A stretch of 64,000 bases of DNA from Bigelowiella natans CCMP2755. Its lineage: Eukaryota > Protista > Cercozoa. Shown here one piece after another: positions 50,847 to 64,000 of the stretch. The position numbers and the translations under genes are program-made. Positions within the stretch are counted from its first letter, which is position 1, and every line of letters begins with the position of its first letter. The stretch spans positions 31,459 through 95,458 of the forward strand of contig ADNK01000583.1 in the NCBI GenBank assembly GCA_000320545.1. Direction: 5' to 3'. The notes below the pieces were generated by a model. The model was given only the letters and a program-made list of their open reading frames with translations. It did no database searches and was not told where the DNA came from.

Positions 50847-52374
50847 TATACAACATTTAGAAAATATATATTTACGAGAGGATATTGGAACATGATGATT
50901 GAGACATCCCTCACCAATGAGAGTGATTTTTTTGGAGGGGCCTTCATGGTTTGGCTTCTGGGGCTGCTTCGATTGGAAATCTTGACAAAAAATTTGGCAG
51001 AAGAGATTCTGGAATACATCATATGTGTGAAAGATTGATTGATTTTACGTGTAGTAAACACGTGAAGACAGATCAAGGTGAAGAAAGCGCATCTCTTCGA
51101 GTTGTATGTACGAACACAACGATAAGAGACGTCTAGGAATGAAGGACGTGTAGAGAGACACGTGTGGAGAGGGAATTACGAGTGCATCATAAGGGAAGGG
51201 AATGGGGACTATCAGGGTTAGGGTTAGGATTAGGAAAATTAATCAGGGAAGAAGAATAAATTGAGGGAGGGAGAATATAAATTGCAGGTTAGGGAGACGA
51301 ATATGAGATGAGAAATGAACCTCTATCTGTTCTTTTAGCTGCATCATTTCCGCAGCCTTCTCATTGTTGACGAAGAGCATGATGCTGTTGATCTGAAGAA
51401 TGATAATCGCTCAATGTTCAATTTGGGGGAGGAACAAACTAGTTTGCTGGCCACGTGCGTCCATGCATGTTGTGAGTGTGTGCGAATGTGTTTGTTAATT
51501 TGCACATCTTGCACATTTGTGAATGGCACGTCTGCGTGCATGTGTGTATGTAGTGTGCACACATGTGTGCGAACCTTTTCGTCGACAATATTTTTGACCA
51601 GATTGGTTGCCTTTTGAAGAATTGAAACCCTGGCACTCACTGTAATTTTTTTCCGTTCTGGATTGTCAATATTGCAAACGATCCGGATATCCTTGCCAGG
51701 CTTCCCACAAGCAGTCTGTTCATCATAGCACCATGTATGCTCGTGTGTGTTTATGTGTACTTTTCGTGTGGTAAAATTGAAACAACACAATGAACTTAGG
51801 GATTGGTCCTGTGCGGTTTTCATAGATGCTACGTTTGAATGCAGTGTATTGATGTTAAACACAAACATGAAACACACACTTGCATGTATTTGCATGTTGT
51901 ACCTCAATCTCTTTCGCTTTGGCCATAACCCTGCGGGCTACTTGATTCTTGACCCAGAAAAAATTTTCTTGGATAGGCTCGGGGACTTTGTCAAAGATTT
52001 TTTTTGCGATCTCGTATGCCTTCCGCGCCCAAGACATCGGGCCTATTTACCATTCAAAACATTCAATTTGGAGCATCAAATGTCATATTTTTGATGAAAA
52101 ATCTATCAGGAAGTTTTGATTCGAATTTTAGGAAGATCAGATTCTGGTCAGAAAACTGATGCTGGTGATGCTGCTCATCATGATCATGGCCAATTATGGC
52201 GACATTGATGAGAATGTTGATGGCAATGATTACAGTGATAGGTTTAATGTAGGATTTGATTCAAGGGGAGTGATGTGAATAAACCGATGATGGTAATCTT
52301 AGACTGGCCATGGTAGGGCTCACGCTTGATCGTACAGAAGGTCTTTAAAAAATGCAAAATGCAATTAAGAAATA

Positions 52375-52443
<69 letters not shown>

Positions 52444-53213
52444 GGGGTTAACTTCCGAAATGGATCTAATTGATGAAATTGAGCATCGGGGACAATAAGA
52501 AGATGATGGCACATAGTTTGTATTACCCCTCCAGCTGCCTGAGTGAACACAACAACACCATTAAATCAATATCGATCATTATGGACAAAATGAGGGCACA
52601 GGTTAGGAATAGGGTTTGGTTGATTATGCTGGGATTATTATAGTTGGGGCCGTGAGCAAAGTTCGAATTTGTAGAAACGATTGGTCATTGACCTCAATGT
52701 CCTTCTTTGCTTCCATAATCTCGTCTGCTTTCTCTTTATTGCACGTCATCATGAAATCGATTATCTGAAACACGAGCAAGAATATCTGAATGTGTGCACG
52801 TATACATACATAGATACATACATATATACATAAAAGATTCTAAATGAAGGAGCGGTGATATAGACAATTCTAACTTTACAAAGTGACATGTATGCTCACA
52901 TTTTTGTAAAAAAAACTTAACTTTCCTAACTCTACCGAAATTAATTTTGTGCTACGCTCGTCATCTTGACATGGTAAGTATGTTATAATCGAACACAGTG
53001 TCTCTAGATTGCATAATTACCCGCTCATCCGCGATTTTCTTTGCCATCTGCACTGCGATGCTGCATTTAGAAGCCCGTCCTAGTTTTAAAGTAAAAAAAA
53101 CAAAACACAAAAAGAGCGCAGGAGAAATAGTACAAATTAGCGAACAGACAAAATTTTGTGTAAGACTCTCATATTACGATAAAAATAAACGAAATCTCTT
53201 CGATAAAGTGCAT

Positions 53214-53249
<36 letters not shown>

Positions 53250-53326
53250 TTATTACATATATATTTGTTAGTTTAAGTCAATTTAAGTCAGTTTAAGTCA
53301 GTGTGTAGTTTAGGTCCTTATTTACC

Positions 53327-53368
<42 letters not shown>

Positions 53369-56260
53369 AATTCCACATCGAGGTAATTTTTCGGATTAGT
53401 GAGGAACATCTACGTGGATATGATATTTGCTAAACTTGAAATATAATCTCATAAAAATCTGACCCGAAATCTTGATCTGTTGTTTACCATTCCACATTTT
53501 AGTCGTAAACTTTGTTTCTGTCTTAGCCTAATCGCAGAAACACAAAATCCATTGATTCATTATACATCTATCTAACCGCATAAACAGAAAAAGGATGGGA
53601 TTTTAGAAATGCAATAAGTAAATGCAACATGCAATATGTAAGCTTGCCATGTAAGGTCGATACGTGGTGTATGGTGTATAATACATATATACAGTAGATT
53701 TCAAAATAACATCTCCGATTCTCTCGCGGTTTTTTGGGTAAAATCACCGAAATTAAACACATACCTCTATATCTTTGCAAGATGCCATGATTCTTCTGGC
53801 TATTTCGTGATTGGTGTATTGCATAAGCGAGTACGTCATCTAACAAAATCGAAACGTCATTAGACCCATCCCCTCTTGCTAGCCAACTTGGTTTCCTTGA
53901 CACAATCATCATTCTCATTATCAATCGTAATTATTATCACCACCACCACCACCACCACTACATCGTTATCTTCATCAGTATTATCATCATCGTCATTATC
54001 ATGATGATCAGTATCATCATCATCATCATCATCATCATCACCACCATTGTTATCATCATTATCATTATTAATCACGATCTACTTGAATAAAGAAAAATTA
54101 TGATGATCATAGCATGATATATTTACCGGATCCTGTTGTTGTACTGGCCTTTTTGGCTTCTGCTGTTGTTGAGGCCTCTGCTGTTGTTGCTGTGGTTAAT
54201 TTTCAATGATGATTTTAATGTTTTCTCACGAATCACATATTTTGCACCAAAAAAAATACGAAAAACACAAAAAATCAACAAAAGCGCGCAGAAGAACACA
54301 AAAACACTGACGGTGAAAAAACACAGTGAAAAGCAAGGCACACAAACACTTAGCTGTTTTTCGGTCAGTACCCCAGGAGGAGTTGGCGGTATAAAATTGG
54401 AGTTATACGCATGTTGGGTCTGGTAGAAGTTTATGACATTTTGACGGTCCTTAACTGACATATTGCCCAGTCCACCGATGTCCAGTCGTAGGTGATTTCC
54501 ATATACCTTGTTAAATGCTTAGTTCAAATCTTACTATGCTGAACCAATCATGATGCTCTACAATCTGCTGATCATAGTGTTATCGCCTTAGAGCATGCTC
54601 AATTCAAGTACATTAAGGAATTCATGAATCCAGACAAATCCATAGCATTTGCAATAATCATAATATGATAACCATAATGTAGCATGATGATTGTAATGTG
54701 GTGTGATTGATTATGTTGTAGTGCGATAACCATGATGTAACATAATGATCACAAAATAGCATGTATGATCACAGTGTAGTGTGATGATTACAGTGTATAA
54801 TGATCACAACGCAGTGTGATAATCACAATGTAGTATGATGATGATGACGCAGTACAATGATCATAATGTAGCATGAGGATATAATATAGCATGATGATCA
54901 TGATATAGCCTACATGATGATCATCATGTAGTATGATGATCACGATAAAATAGTATTGATGGTCATAGTACAGTATTGGTGGCCACAATATACTCTATGT
55001 TGTTCAAGTTTATCCTACCTCCCTAATGCAATACTTAAACCCACGAAATTGAGCCTCCTGATGACAAAAATAATAATCTTCTTCACATCTCCATGTGGGA
55101 AAAATCATAACATATCTCTGTCTAGGAAACATGAGACGATTGACTTGTCTGGATTCATAAATTTTTTCTTCATGTTAACCTTTTTTTTTCTCTTTAAAAA
55201 ACGAGTTCGACTTGAAATACAAAGGTCAAACATGCAGAAATTCCGGACAGACACCTGATGTACCCTAACTCTAACCTTAACCCTAACCCTAGCCTTGGAC
55301 TAGCCCTAACCCTTGACCCAATCACAAACTTAACCATGTTTTTCGCGGAATCAGCTATGTTCTTAAACCTAGCCTTAGGCACATAGAACGTCTTTGTCCC
55401 CTGTACATCATTAAACATGGTCACAATTTGCACACAGGCACGTGCTATGCTTGCTCAGCTCCATTCAAAATTGCACCCCCTAACATAGAGCCCAAACCTT
55501 ATATCTAAGAATCTAATTTTTATCACAAGTGAAATATTATTTTTAAGTTACCGGGGCGGTTAGGTAGAAGTTGGGGTTTACGTCGAACACGTTTGGTTTG
55601 CTGCTGAAGAGTCCAAAGAGCTTTGGAAGGTTTTGTTTTGGGACATTGTTTAACCCAAAGAGGTCAACTTGAATATAACCACCAGGGATCTGTTTCCATG
55701 TGTGTTTTAACCCCGGAAATTTGCTTCCCTGTGCGATAAGCCATTCAGTCAGCAGTTGTAGGATTTTTTTAAATTGTTAATGAAGTGGTGATGAGGTTTC
55801 AAAATTGAACTTCTTGTATTACAACAGATTTCAAAACAATGTATCCGATCCTTTTTTGGGCAAGATCACAGAAATTGAACCCATTTACTATTTTGAAATC
55901 CACTGTGAGGAATAACAGCGGGTAAAGAGAATGTAAAGGGTATGCAAAGGATGTCCTTTAAAATCCCTTCACACTCCCTTACCTGCCTTTGTTCCATATT
56001 GCTTCCATTTGGGAATCTAATCACTTTACATTTGTTTTTTAAAACTTTTTTACACTAGTTTTGACTGAACTATACCATCAGCATAGTCTTTGCCATGCAT
56101 TACAAATATTCATTAAGTATATCGAGACGACATATTTAAAAAACAAATGAGTACAAAAAGGAAAAAAGAGTCGTGGACAAATACCAATGCCATTGCAAGT
56201 CCAACAACATCGACTTTTTGTGACTCGGGAGCATAGAAAGTTTTCGACATCTGGTCATTT
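44304..56260 (-). CDS. Multidomain calpain-family (CysPc) cysteine protease; 5' extent uncertain (possibly to ~57.1 kb)
   Basis: Terminal exon 44304-46073 has FYDAEFPP, QGSLGDCWFVSAL (catalytic Cys), ELWSTLVEKAYAKL, GHAYS (His), LRNPHG (Asn) and DDGEFWM. Upstream are coiled-coil exons, a 742-aa repeat exon (47042-49270) and many small exons with repeated modules at 49655-53840. Joining all of them into one gene is inferred. Confidence 0.8.
54655..54965. repeat. Degenerate minisatellite (atgatcacaatgtagt-like units) in an intron
   Basis: Recurring gatcac/gatcat + aatgtag/agtgtag units. Confidence 0.6.
55262..55312. repeat. Degenerate interstitial (CCCTAA)n telomere-like tract in an intron
   Basis: accctaactctaaccttaaccctaaccctagcc...gccctaaccc. 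Confidence 0.65.
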
Positions 56261-56261
56261 G

Positions 56262-56330
<69 letters not shown>

Positions 56331-56430
56331 TATATGTACATCATAAACTCATGCATATATGATGACATATCATACTGATAGGTGTGTGTATGTGTGTATG
56401 TGTGTATATGTGCACATAGGTCATCTGTGA

Positions 56431-56465
<35 letters not shown>

Positions 56466-56551
56466 CACATGCACATGCACAAACCACGTGTGTGACAAAA
56501 CACCTCATCAACACGCAATTGTGAGTAAATTTGTGTGTATGTGTGTTCTTG

Positions 56552-56591
<40 letters not shown>

Positions 56592-56664
56592 AATTGATTT
56601 GATTTGATTTTGGTGTGTGGCAAAGTAAGTGGTCAAACTTTAGATGAAGAACAAACTGCTGCTC

Positions 56665-56742
56665 CTCACGGCGAAGATGGTGTGTGATGTAGATCGGCGA
56701 AGAACAGACCGCTCACGGCGAAGATGGCGTGTGATGTAGATC
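56665..56742. repeat. 31-bp direct repeat, period 47
   Basis: ctcacggcgaagatgg(t/c)gtgtgatgtagatc at 56665 and 56712. Confidence 0.9.
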
Positions 56743-57270
56743 TAGATGACAGTGACAATGACAATGATAACAGGCTCTGATTGGTGTGCGAAGGTGTGGC
56801 GACCGGAGGAATAAAATCTCCGATTTTGGCCCGGTTTTTTTTAGCAAGATCACCGAAATTGAACCCGTCGTACTACCTTCAACAAGTCTCAAGGCTAACC
56901 GAAATCTACCAAAACATCATGTTCGAGCATAAGGCCGGACTTACGGAACGGCGCGACAATTAGATCTAATCTGTGTGTCATACTTAAGATTGCCATGCTC
57001 CAGGAAAAATATCTGTAAGTTACATTAGGAAATACAGCCTAAAAAAAATATGTTGATATGAAGTCCAAATAATTTCTCGGAAAATCAGCACTAAAAAAGT
57101 ACCCCCCATGTTTGATCTTCCAGAAAATAACCTAGCTCGATTAGAAACAGCAAGTAAGTGAAATGACAGTAAAACCTGTTTTGCAGGTACAGAATTGCAC
57201 AATTTATACATCAGAAAACAAAATTTAATTCAAAAACTCAAGAGGTAATTATCCTTTCTTGGTAGGGGGC

Positions 57271-57493
57271 TAGGGAATCGAGGAAATCAGGAAATCCTAG
57301 GAAATCCAGGAAATCAGACACATTTGCCTAAAAAAAAATGAGAAATTTTGCCAATCTATTTTTAGAAAAGAAAAAGGAATTAAGGAGGAAATCCTAGGTA
57401 GGAAATCCTGGAATCCGTCACTTTTACTTTTTGGGAACCAAGGGAATTTAGGTAATTTAATGGATGATTCCCTAAAATTTCCTCGATTCCCTG
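57271..57493. mobile_element. Putative MITE, hAT-like ends
   Basis: 16-bp perfect inverted repeat agggaatcgaggaaat (57272-57287) / atttcctcgattccct (57477-57492); ends TAGGG...CCCTG; internal GGAAATCC repeats; no target-site duplication recognised. Confidence 0.5.
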
Positions 57494-57756
57494 AAAATCC
57501 TCGTTCCGTAAGACAAACCTAATGATTTGAGTTTTTTCAAATTTTGAATTCTTCCGTGCTCGGTACATTTCGAATTTGGATCTAAGGTTGGGCAAAATTC
57601 GGCAGGTTTTCTGCCGGTAGAGAACTCGCCTTCACCTCGTCCTTTGACCAATGATGAACTTTTGTCATTGTTTGGCTAATGATTGGAGGGTTTTGCCAAT
57701 CAATAAATTAATCGCTCGCTGCCGTGGACCACACGCTCAAAACTTGTTTGTCGCAC

Positions 57757-58664
57757 ATGGGTTTTCTCCTCCAAACACTGATGAAATGGACGGGATCGGT
57801 GGAGAAAATGGACAATGTGGATCTCCGGAGATCGATCCGAGATTGTCAAACATCGGCGATGGGAACCGGCCCCTCCGAACCCTCAAAAGAGGCCTCCGCT
57901 TCTACACCGGAAAGCGAAGCAGCCCTGAAGATCTTTACGACACTCGATCTCGCAGTTCACAATACCAGGTTGCCTAGAAACGAGATTTTGGGGGGGGGGG
58001 GGGGGTGATGGTCCCATTTTTTTCCGACCATGGAAGCAATGGCAGTGTTGCTCTTCTTCGTATTGGAGCGCTCGTGGTTAACGTTTGGTCACCATGTCCT
58101 GAAAGAATTCGGGAGGATAGATATTTAAAGACTTGAAAGTTTAGGGCGTCTAATTTGGGTTTCGACCATAAGCTTCGGCTCTGTTGTTTGGACGGGCGCT
58201 TCTCCACGCTCACCTCTATGTTCCCCGTAGGTCCGACTGCTTGATCGCAATCGACGGTTACGTCCTTGATGTAACAGACTATCTCAGCAAGCATCCTGGG
58301 GGGGCATCGATCATGCTGAAATATGGCGGGAAGGACGCAACAGAGGTTTGTTGAACAAGCCGTACCTTTGGTTAAGGGAAATGAGTCAAAATCATTGCAT
58401 GCAGGCATTTGAAGACATTCACCATTCCGCCGATGCACGCCAGATCCTCAAGTCTCTCATCGTCGGGAAGGTAAATAGTAGTAGTAGTAGTGGTGGTGGT
58501 GATGGTGGTAGTAGTGGTAGTAGTAGTAGTAGTAGTAGTTGTAGTTGACTTTCTTTGAGACAGAAGATAGCGGTGGGTAATTATTATACAAATATCATGC
58601 AACAAGCCAGTCACTAAGAAGAAACCATAGTTTAAGCTCTCTCTCCCTCTCTCTCCCTCTCTCT

Positions 58665-58723
<59 letters not shown>

Positions 58724-58957
58724 ATTCCCTCGTATCTTCTCGTTCTCTTGGGAAAGCTCCGAGCGGAAAGTGAGGCAACGAAGCTCGAAGCTGCCAACAG
58801 GGAAATAGCCGACGTGGAGGAGCAGAAATCTGGGATGAGAAGACGCCCAGCACCAGCGGGGGAGGAGAACAAGAAGTCATCGCACAGCAGCAGCGACACT
58901 CAAGGCAAAGTCCGTATTCTATACGGCTCTCAAAAGGGAAGGGTACTTCTGCCAATG

Positions 58958-58999
<42 letters not shown>

Positions 59000-60604
59000 T
59001 GATGCAGCAGTGCTGATAGACTATTTACATCAAACCACGATTCGTAGGGAAAGGCACTTGCCGAGAAGTTGGCCTCGTCGTGGGAGGGGGGTGCGGCGGT
59101 GGCATCCATGGCTGACTTCGACCCAGAGGATCTGCCAAAGGTGAAGAATGTAGCATTGATCATCAGCACGTACACTGACGGTACTGCCCCTGAACCTGCT
59201 AAATTCTTCACACAGGTAGTAGTAGTAGTAATAGTAGCAGTAGCAGTATATAATCAGTGCCTGCACCATGTGATGATGGAGTTAATGATAATGGCGATGG
59301 TGGCAATGAGAGATATAATGTGCATTTAACATAGATTCCTCTCTTTCTACCCTCCCTCCCTCCCTCCCTGCTATACGTGCCACACGTGCTTTGCTGCTGA
59401 TGCTCATGTGGATTGTGCTTCTTCTTCTTTCTTCTCCTTCCTCTCTCTTCTCTTTAGTGGCTGAAGGATGCGAGACACGACTGGCGGGTTGACAAGAAGG
59501 TGGTGCCGATATTGATGGAAGCTACTCACGAACGAAAGCCGTGAAGGGGGAAGGGGGAGGAGGAGGAGGAGTACAGGAAAGGGAGGGAGGGATGATGGTT
59601 GGTTCGTGGGGTCACTAGCTCTGTTGATGTGTGTTGGCATCGCACCAAAAAGGACGTCATTTGACTCTTATCTTGATTGTGATGATCATCGACACATCCA
59701 TACGCACGCACTTAAAGTTGCAGCCCCCCCCCCCCCCCCCCCCTCCTCTCTCTCGCCTCCGCCTCCCTCTCAGATCTTGTCTGGCACCAATATTGCCGTG
59801 TTCGGGCTGGGCAATTCCGACTACGCCGACGATTACAACAAGGCGGCTAAAGACCTCAGCGAGTAACGACAGTGATGGATTTTGTACATGATCATGCATG
59901 AGTTTGCTTGTTGCTGGTGGGTGTGTTCTGGCGTTATTGGAGTCGTCATCTTGCTGGATTGAGGCACTTACTTCTCTCTTCCGCCGCCTCCAATGACCCA
60001 CGTTGGCCGCCACCATGATCCCCCACCTTTCTTTGCATTGTTTCTTTCGTACGTTCCAGCACTAACTGTAAAGCCGTTGGTCCTGGCGTTTTAGGTCTCT
60101 CGAGAGCTTGGGCGCTCGGCGTGTTCTTCCGCTCGTCCTGGCCGATGAGCAAGCGGGTGAGATAGAAGGCAAGTTTGCGGCGTGGGGGAGTGGACTGCCA
60201 GATGCTTTCATCAAAGCCGGAGCAGACTCGGCGGCGGTGGCAGCTTCCTCGAAAATAGGCCTTAGCGGCAGCAGCAGCAGCAGCAGCAGCGTTCCGAATA
60301 CGGCAGCACCAACACCACCCGCAGCAGTAGCCAAGGAGAAAGATGGCGGCAAAGAAGGAGAGGATAAGGAGGCGATGACGCCGAGGAGGAACAAAAAGAA
60401 CAACGTGAAGGAGGAGGAGGAAAATAAGCAGCCGAAGGCTGATGGTGATGGGCTTATCGATATGGAAGATTTAGGTCAGCAGCTGGCTGTGTGTAGTAGA
60501 AACGATATCATCTTCATCATCGTCTTCGCTGCTGCTGCCATCAAAGCCACAGCGCGCACACACAAACGCAGCGGAAGAGAATTTATGCATAATCACCAGC
60601 ATAG

Positions 60605-60640
<36 letters not shown>

Positions 60641-60875
60641 AGCGTGTATCACCGAGGTCTTTTTCGCGCCAACATGGCTCTCTTCTCCCCCCCCCCCCCC
60701 CCTCTCCATAAAATGGCAGGAAGAGTAATGGTGCAGCAGGGTAACCAGAATCGAGGGAAGGGCGAGGATGAGAAGAAGCTTAACGGCAAAGTACGCTTTG
60801 CATTCGTTTTGCATCTGCATCACTATTGTCGTTATGTTGTTCCACCGATCTCTGCGCTTGTGGTGTTTCTGGATA

Positions 60876-60906
<31 letters not shown>

Positions 60907-61699
60907 GGATGATGATGATGAGGATGATGATGGTAGTGATGATTGTAGTGATGATGATGGTGACGATGATCATGAGGAGAAGGAGGAGAAGAGGAGGATG
61001 AAGATTGGCAGCTCCCTTCCCTGCACTGTGTTGCCATGCGAGATATCTACCCGCCATCATCGTAAAAGTGCATCTTCCTCTTTCCGCCTTACCCTCCTCC
61101 TCCTCCTCCTCCTCCTCCTCCTCCTCCTTATCCCCTCACCCTCTTCTCACCGCCCGTTCCTTCCTTCGCTCCTCAGGCTGCCGCTGCTACTGCTGCTGCT
61201 CCAAGAGAGATGCTCACGCCAGCACTCCGAAAGAACCTCGAAAAACAGAAATATAAACTGATCGGTAAGTGGGGGGAGAGAGAGAGACGACGCAGCAGTA
61301 CAGAGAGGAATAAGGGGGAGGGGGAGGGAGAGGAGGAGGAGGAGGAGGAGGAGGAGGAGGAGGAGGGGCTATCATAGCATAGCATAGCATGAATCCCCCA
61401 TCGTCGTTAAAACAAAGAGAAAGAGAGGGGGGGGGGATAGAGCTATGTAAATGAATGATTATTATTCTGTAAGTGAAAGGAGAACAACTACATATTAGTA
61501 CCCCCGATGGATGAATGCTACAACCCATTACGACTACTACTGCTGCTACTACTATTGCCTACTGCCTACTACCTATCACCACTGATAGTAATGACTGTAA
61601 TAACAATGATGACGATGAGAATGAAGCTGATAGTTGCCAGAATGAGGAGAATTTCAGCTTGCACGCATATTATATATTATATATGCATATTTATATACG

Positions 61700-61742
<43 letters not shown>

Positions 61743-61767
61743 ACATACACACACATATATGTAAACA

Positions 61768-61820
<53 letters not shown>

Positions 61821-62729
61821 AAAAATATATATGTATAAAAATATCAATATGTGTATCTATTATATGGTGGTAGGGTCGCACTCCGGTGTGAAGCTGTGCC
61901 GATGGACAAAGGCCATGCTTCGTGGGAGGGGGGGCTGCTACAAGCACACGTTTTATGGCATAAAGAGCTATCAATGCATGGTTGCTTATGCGCGCCAATG
62001 ACGCTGCACAATGATGATGATGACGACGACGACGATGATGATGATGATGATGTTCTTGATGAAGGTGATGAGCGCATTTCTCTCGTTTCCTTCTTCTTCT
62101 TCTTCTTCTCCTTCTTGCACTCGCCCCTCCGCCACCCTCCTCGTCTTCTTTGCCATCATTCCCATGACGGTCGCATCCTTTTGTTCGGGGGGTAAAAATC
62201 GTTGGTTTCTTTACGCTTTTGAACTGGCGCCATCCCATCATGATGAGCAGGAAACCACGCCGAGCCTGGCATGCGCAAACAAGTGCGTCTTCTGCTGGCG
62301 TCATCACACAAACCCGTAATTGCCACGCCTCTCCTCGCAATATTCATTCATCGAGAGTGGGGCCGGAGAACACCACTATTTTTCCTTATTCGTTTGGTGA
62401 TATGGGCGGAGAGAAGATGTGCCAAAAACCCAACCCCCCCCCTCCCCTTTCCCTCGGTCTTGTTTGCCTGTTTGACTCTGTGTTCTCTGGTGGCGGCAGT
62501 GTGGGGAGGGAATGGCGATGGAAAATGGATGATGCGAAGATGCTGGTTGATGGGGTATTAGTAGTAGTAGTAGAAGAAGAAGAAGTTGTTGTTGTTGTTG
62601 TTGTTGTGGTGTGTGGTGGTGTGAGGGCTATAGTGGTGCTGGTAGCCGTTCCAGCATCTTCAGTGGTGCTTGATTCATTGTATATATGATGATGATGATG
62701 ATGATGATGATGAGTAGAGTTTGGTGTAA

Positions 62730-62786
<57 letters not shown>

Positions 62787-63357
62787 AACATGATTGTGTG
62801 TGTGTCCAAGCTTTGTATTCCTGCTCTCAAACTAGTAGTACTTGCTACTTCCTCGTAGTATTAATTGCCTCTTTCGTTCCCCCCTCTCTGCTCCTCCTCC
62901 CTTCCCCCCCTCACCCCCCGCCCTGATCAGGCGATCGAGAAGCACCAGAAGATGATAAAGCAGATGAGGGGCGTGCCCGGAGTCCAGCCAGAGCGTTTCA
63001 AGGAGGCGTTTACTGTTCGGTAAGAAAGTCGTTATTAGTCGTTATTACACGCATTGCGAGAGTAGTAGTATTATTTAATAAATTGCATTGTATTTATTGC
63101 TAGTGGCAGCAGCAGTAGACGTAGTAGCGGTGGTAGAAGTATCCGCAGCAGGCGTCCAGATCTTTGCTAGTTATTTTAGCTTCCTTCGATATATATATAT
63201 ATATATATTTATTTATTTATTATATATCGCCGCCCCTCTTCCATATCCATATTACTACCTTATCTCTATCATCACCACCATCATCATCATCATCAGGCAC
63301 TGTGCTTTATCCCTCGTGGGTGAACCTATCATGTACCCAGAGGTCTCTAGTAGTAGT

Positions 63358-63396
<39 letters not shown>

Positions 63397-64000
63397 GAAT
63401 AGGAGCCCTCTAGGGTTATGTTTGTAGAGAAATGGTTTATGATAGAGCTGAGGAAGAGGCTGTGTTTGGGATTAGGGTTAGCATTTATGGCATCCATAAT
63501 CACCATCGCCATCATCATCATCGTTTTTAAGATAAACAAGTTCCTGGACCTCCTGCATGCAAAGAGTATCTCCTCCTTCCTGGTGATGCCAGTTACTTGC
63601 GCGGGGGGGGGGGGCACGAGCAACGCCTTCGCCCTCTCCTCACCACCACCACCACCACCATGTATGCATGTGTACCAAACTGTCATGAGAGCGTATGAGT
63701 ATCATCGGGAGAGGGGGAAAAGAAAAAGAGAAAGGAGGGGGGAGGAGGAGGAAAAGAAGATGTAATGAGACCCCCAATAATTTTTCTTCAATCAGTTCAC
63801 AAACGCCCAGTTTCCAGAGCGCTTCCCCCAGCAACTTCCGTCCACTCGGGTATGCCTTAACCCCCCCCCCCCCCCCCCCCCCTCCGGTCTGAGCCTCTCA
63901 TTTTATTGTGCCGATAGTTTATAAGCTTCCTCATCATCATCGTCGTGATCGTCATCATCACCATTATCGTCATTATCACCATTATCGTCATTATCATTAA
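57757..64000 (+). CDS. TYW1: tRNA 4-demethylwyosine synthase TYW1 (flavodoxin + radical SAM) with an N-terminal cytochrome b5 domain; truncated by the window end
   Basis: b5: IFTTLDLAVHNTR|SDCLIAIDGYVLDVTDYLSKHPGGASIMLKYGGKDATE|AFEDIHHSADARQILKSLIVGK. Flavodoxin: VRILYGSQKG, IISTYTDGTAP, AVFGLGNSDY. Radical SAM: YKLIG|SHSGVKLCRWTKAMLRGRGGCYKHTFYGI, TPSLACANKCVFCWRHHTNP, HCALSLVGEPIMYP. Confidence 0.93.

Noticed and set aside
56665-56742. Direct repeats with a spacer as a mini CRISPR array
   Set aside because: Only two units, a 16-bp spacer, eukaryotic intronic context and no cas genes.

Overview
Eukaryotic, intron-rich, microsatellite-laden nuclear DNA. Two nucleus-encoded plastid ribosomal proteins (L4, L13) carry bipartite signal+transit leaders, indicating an alga with a secondary plastid, most likely a chlorarachniophyte such as Bigelowiella (inference). 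I reconstructed about 13 genes by reading GT-AG junctions by eye. In order: an intronless class I SAM methyltransferase (+), HemK/PrmC (-), a RING-H2/low-complexity protein (+), RPS16 (-), NDUFB3-like (+), plastid RPL4 (-), plastid RPL13 (+), a coiled-coil protein (+), a large Sel1-like repeat protein (-), an Arg/Val-rich protein (-), an EGF-repeat membrane protein (+), a multidomain calpain (-) and a cytochrome b5-flavodoxin-radical SAM TYW1 (+, runs off the window). The most striking signal is non-coding. Several 0.5-1.7 kb tracts are almost devoid of the dinucleotide TpA (none in about 765 nt at 36986-37752). Surviving TpA lies mostly in CTAG, and copies of one repeat show TA changed to CA or TG at homologous sites. 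This looks like a targeted, RIP-like but adenine-directed (A:T to G:C) hypermutation process, concentrated downstream of gene 3' ends. Other highlights are the cytochrome b5-TYW1 fusion and a calpain with six degenerate KH-like repeats. All exon boundaries are manual and approximate, and no database searches were run.
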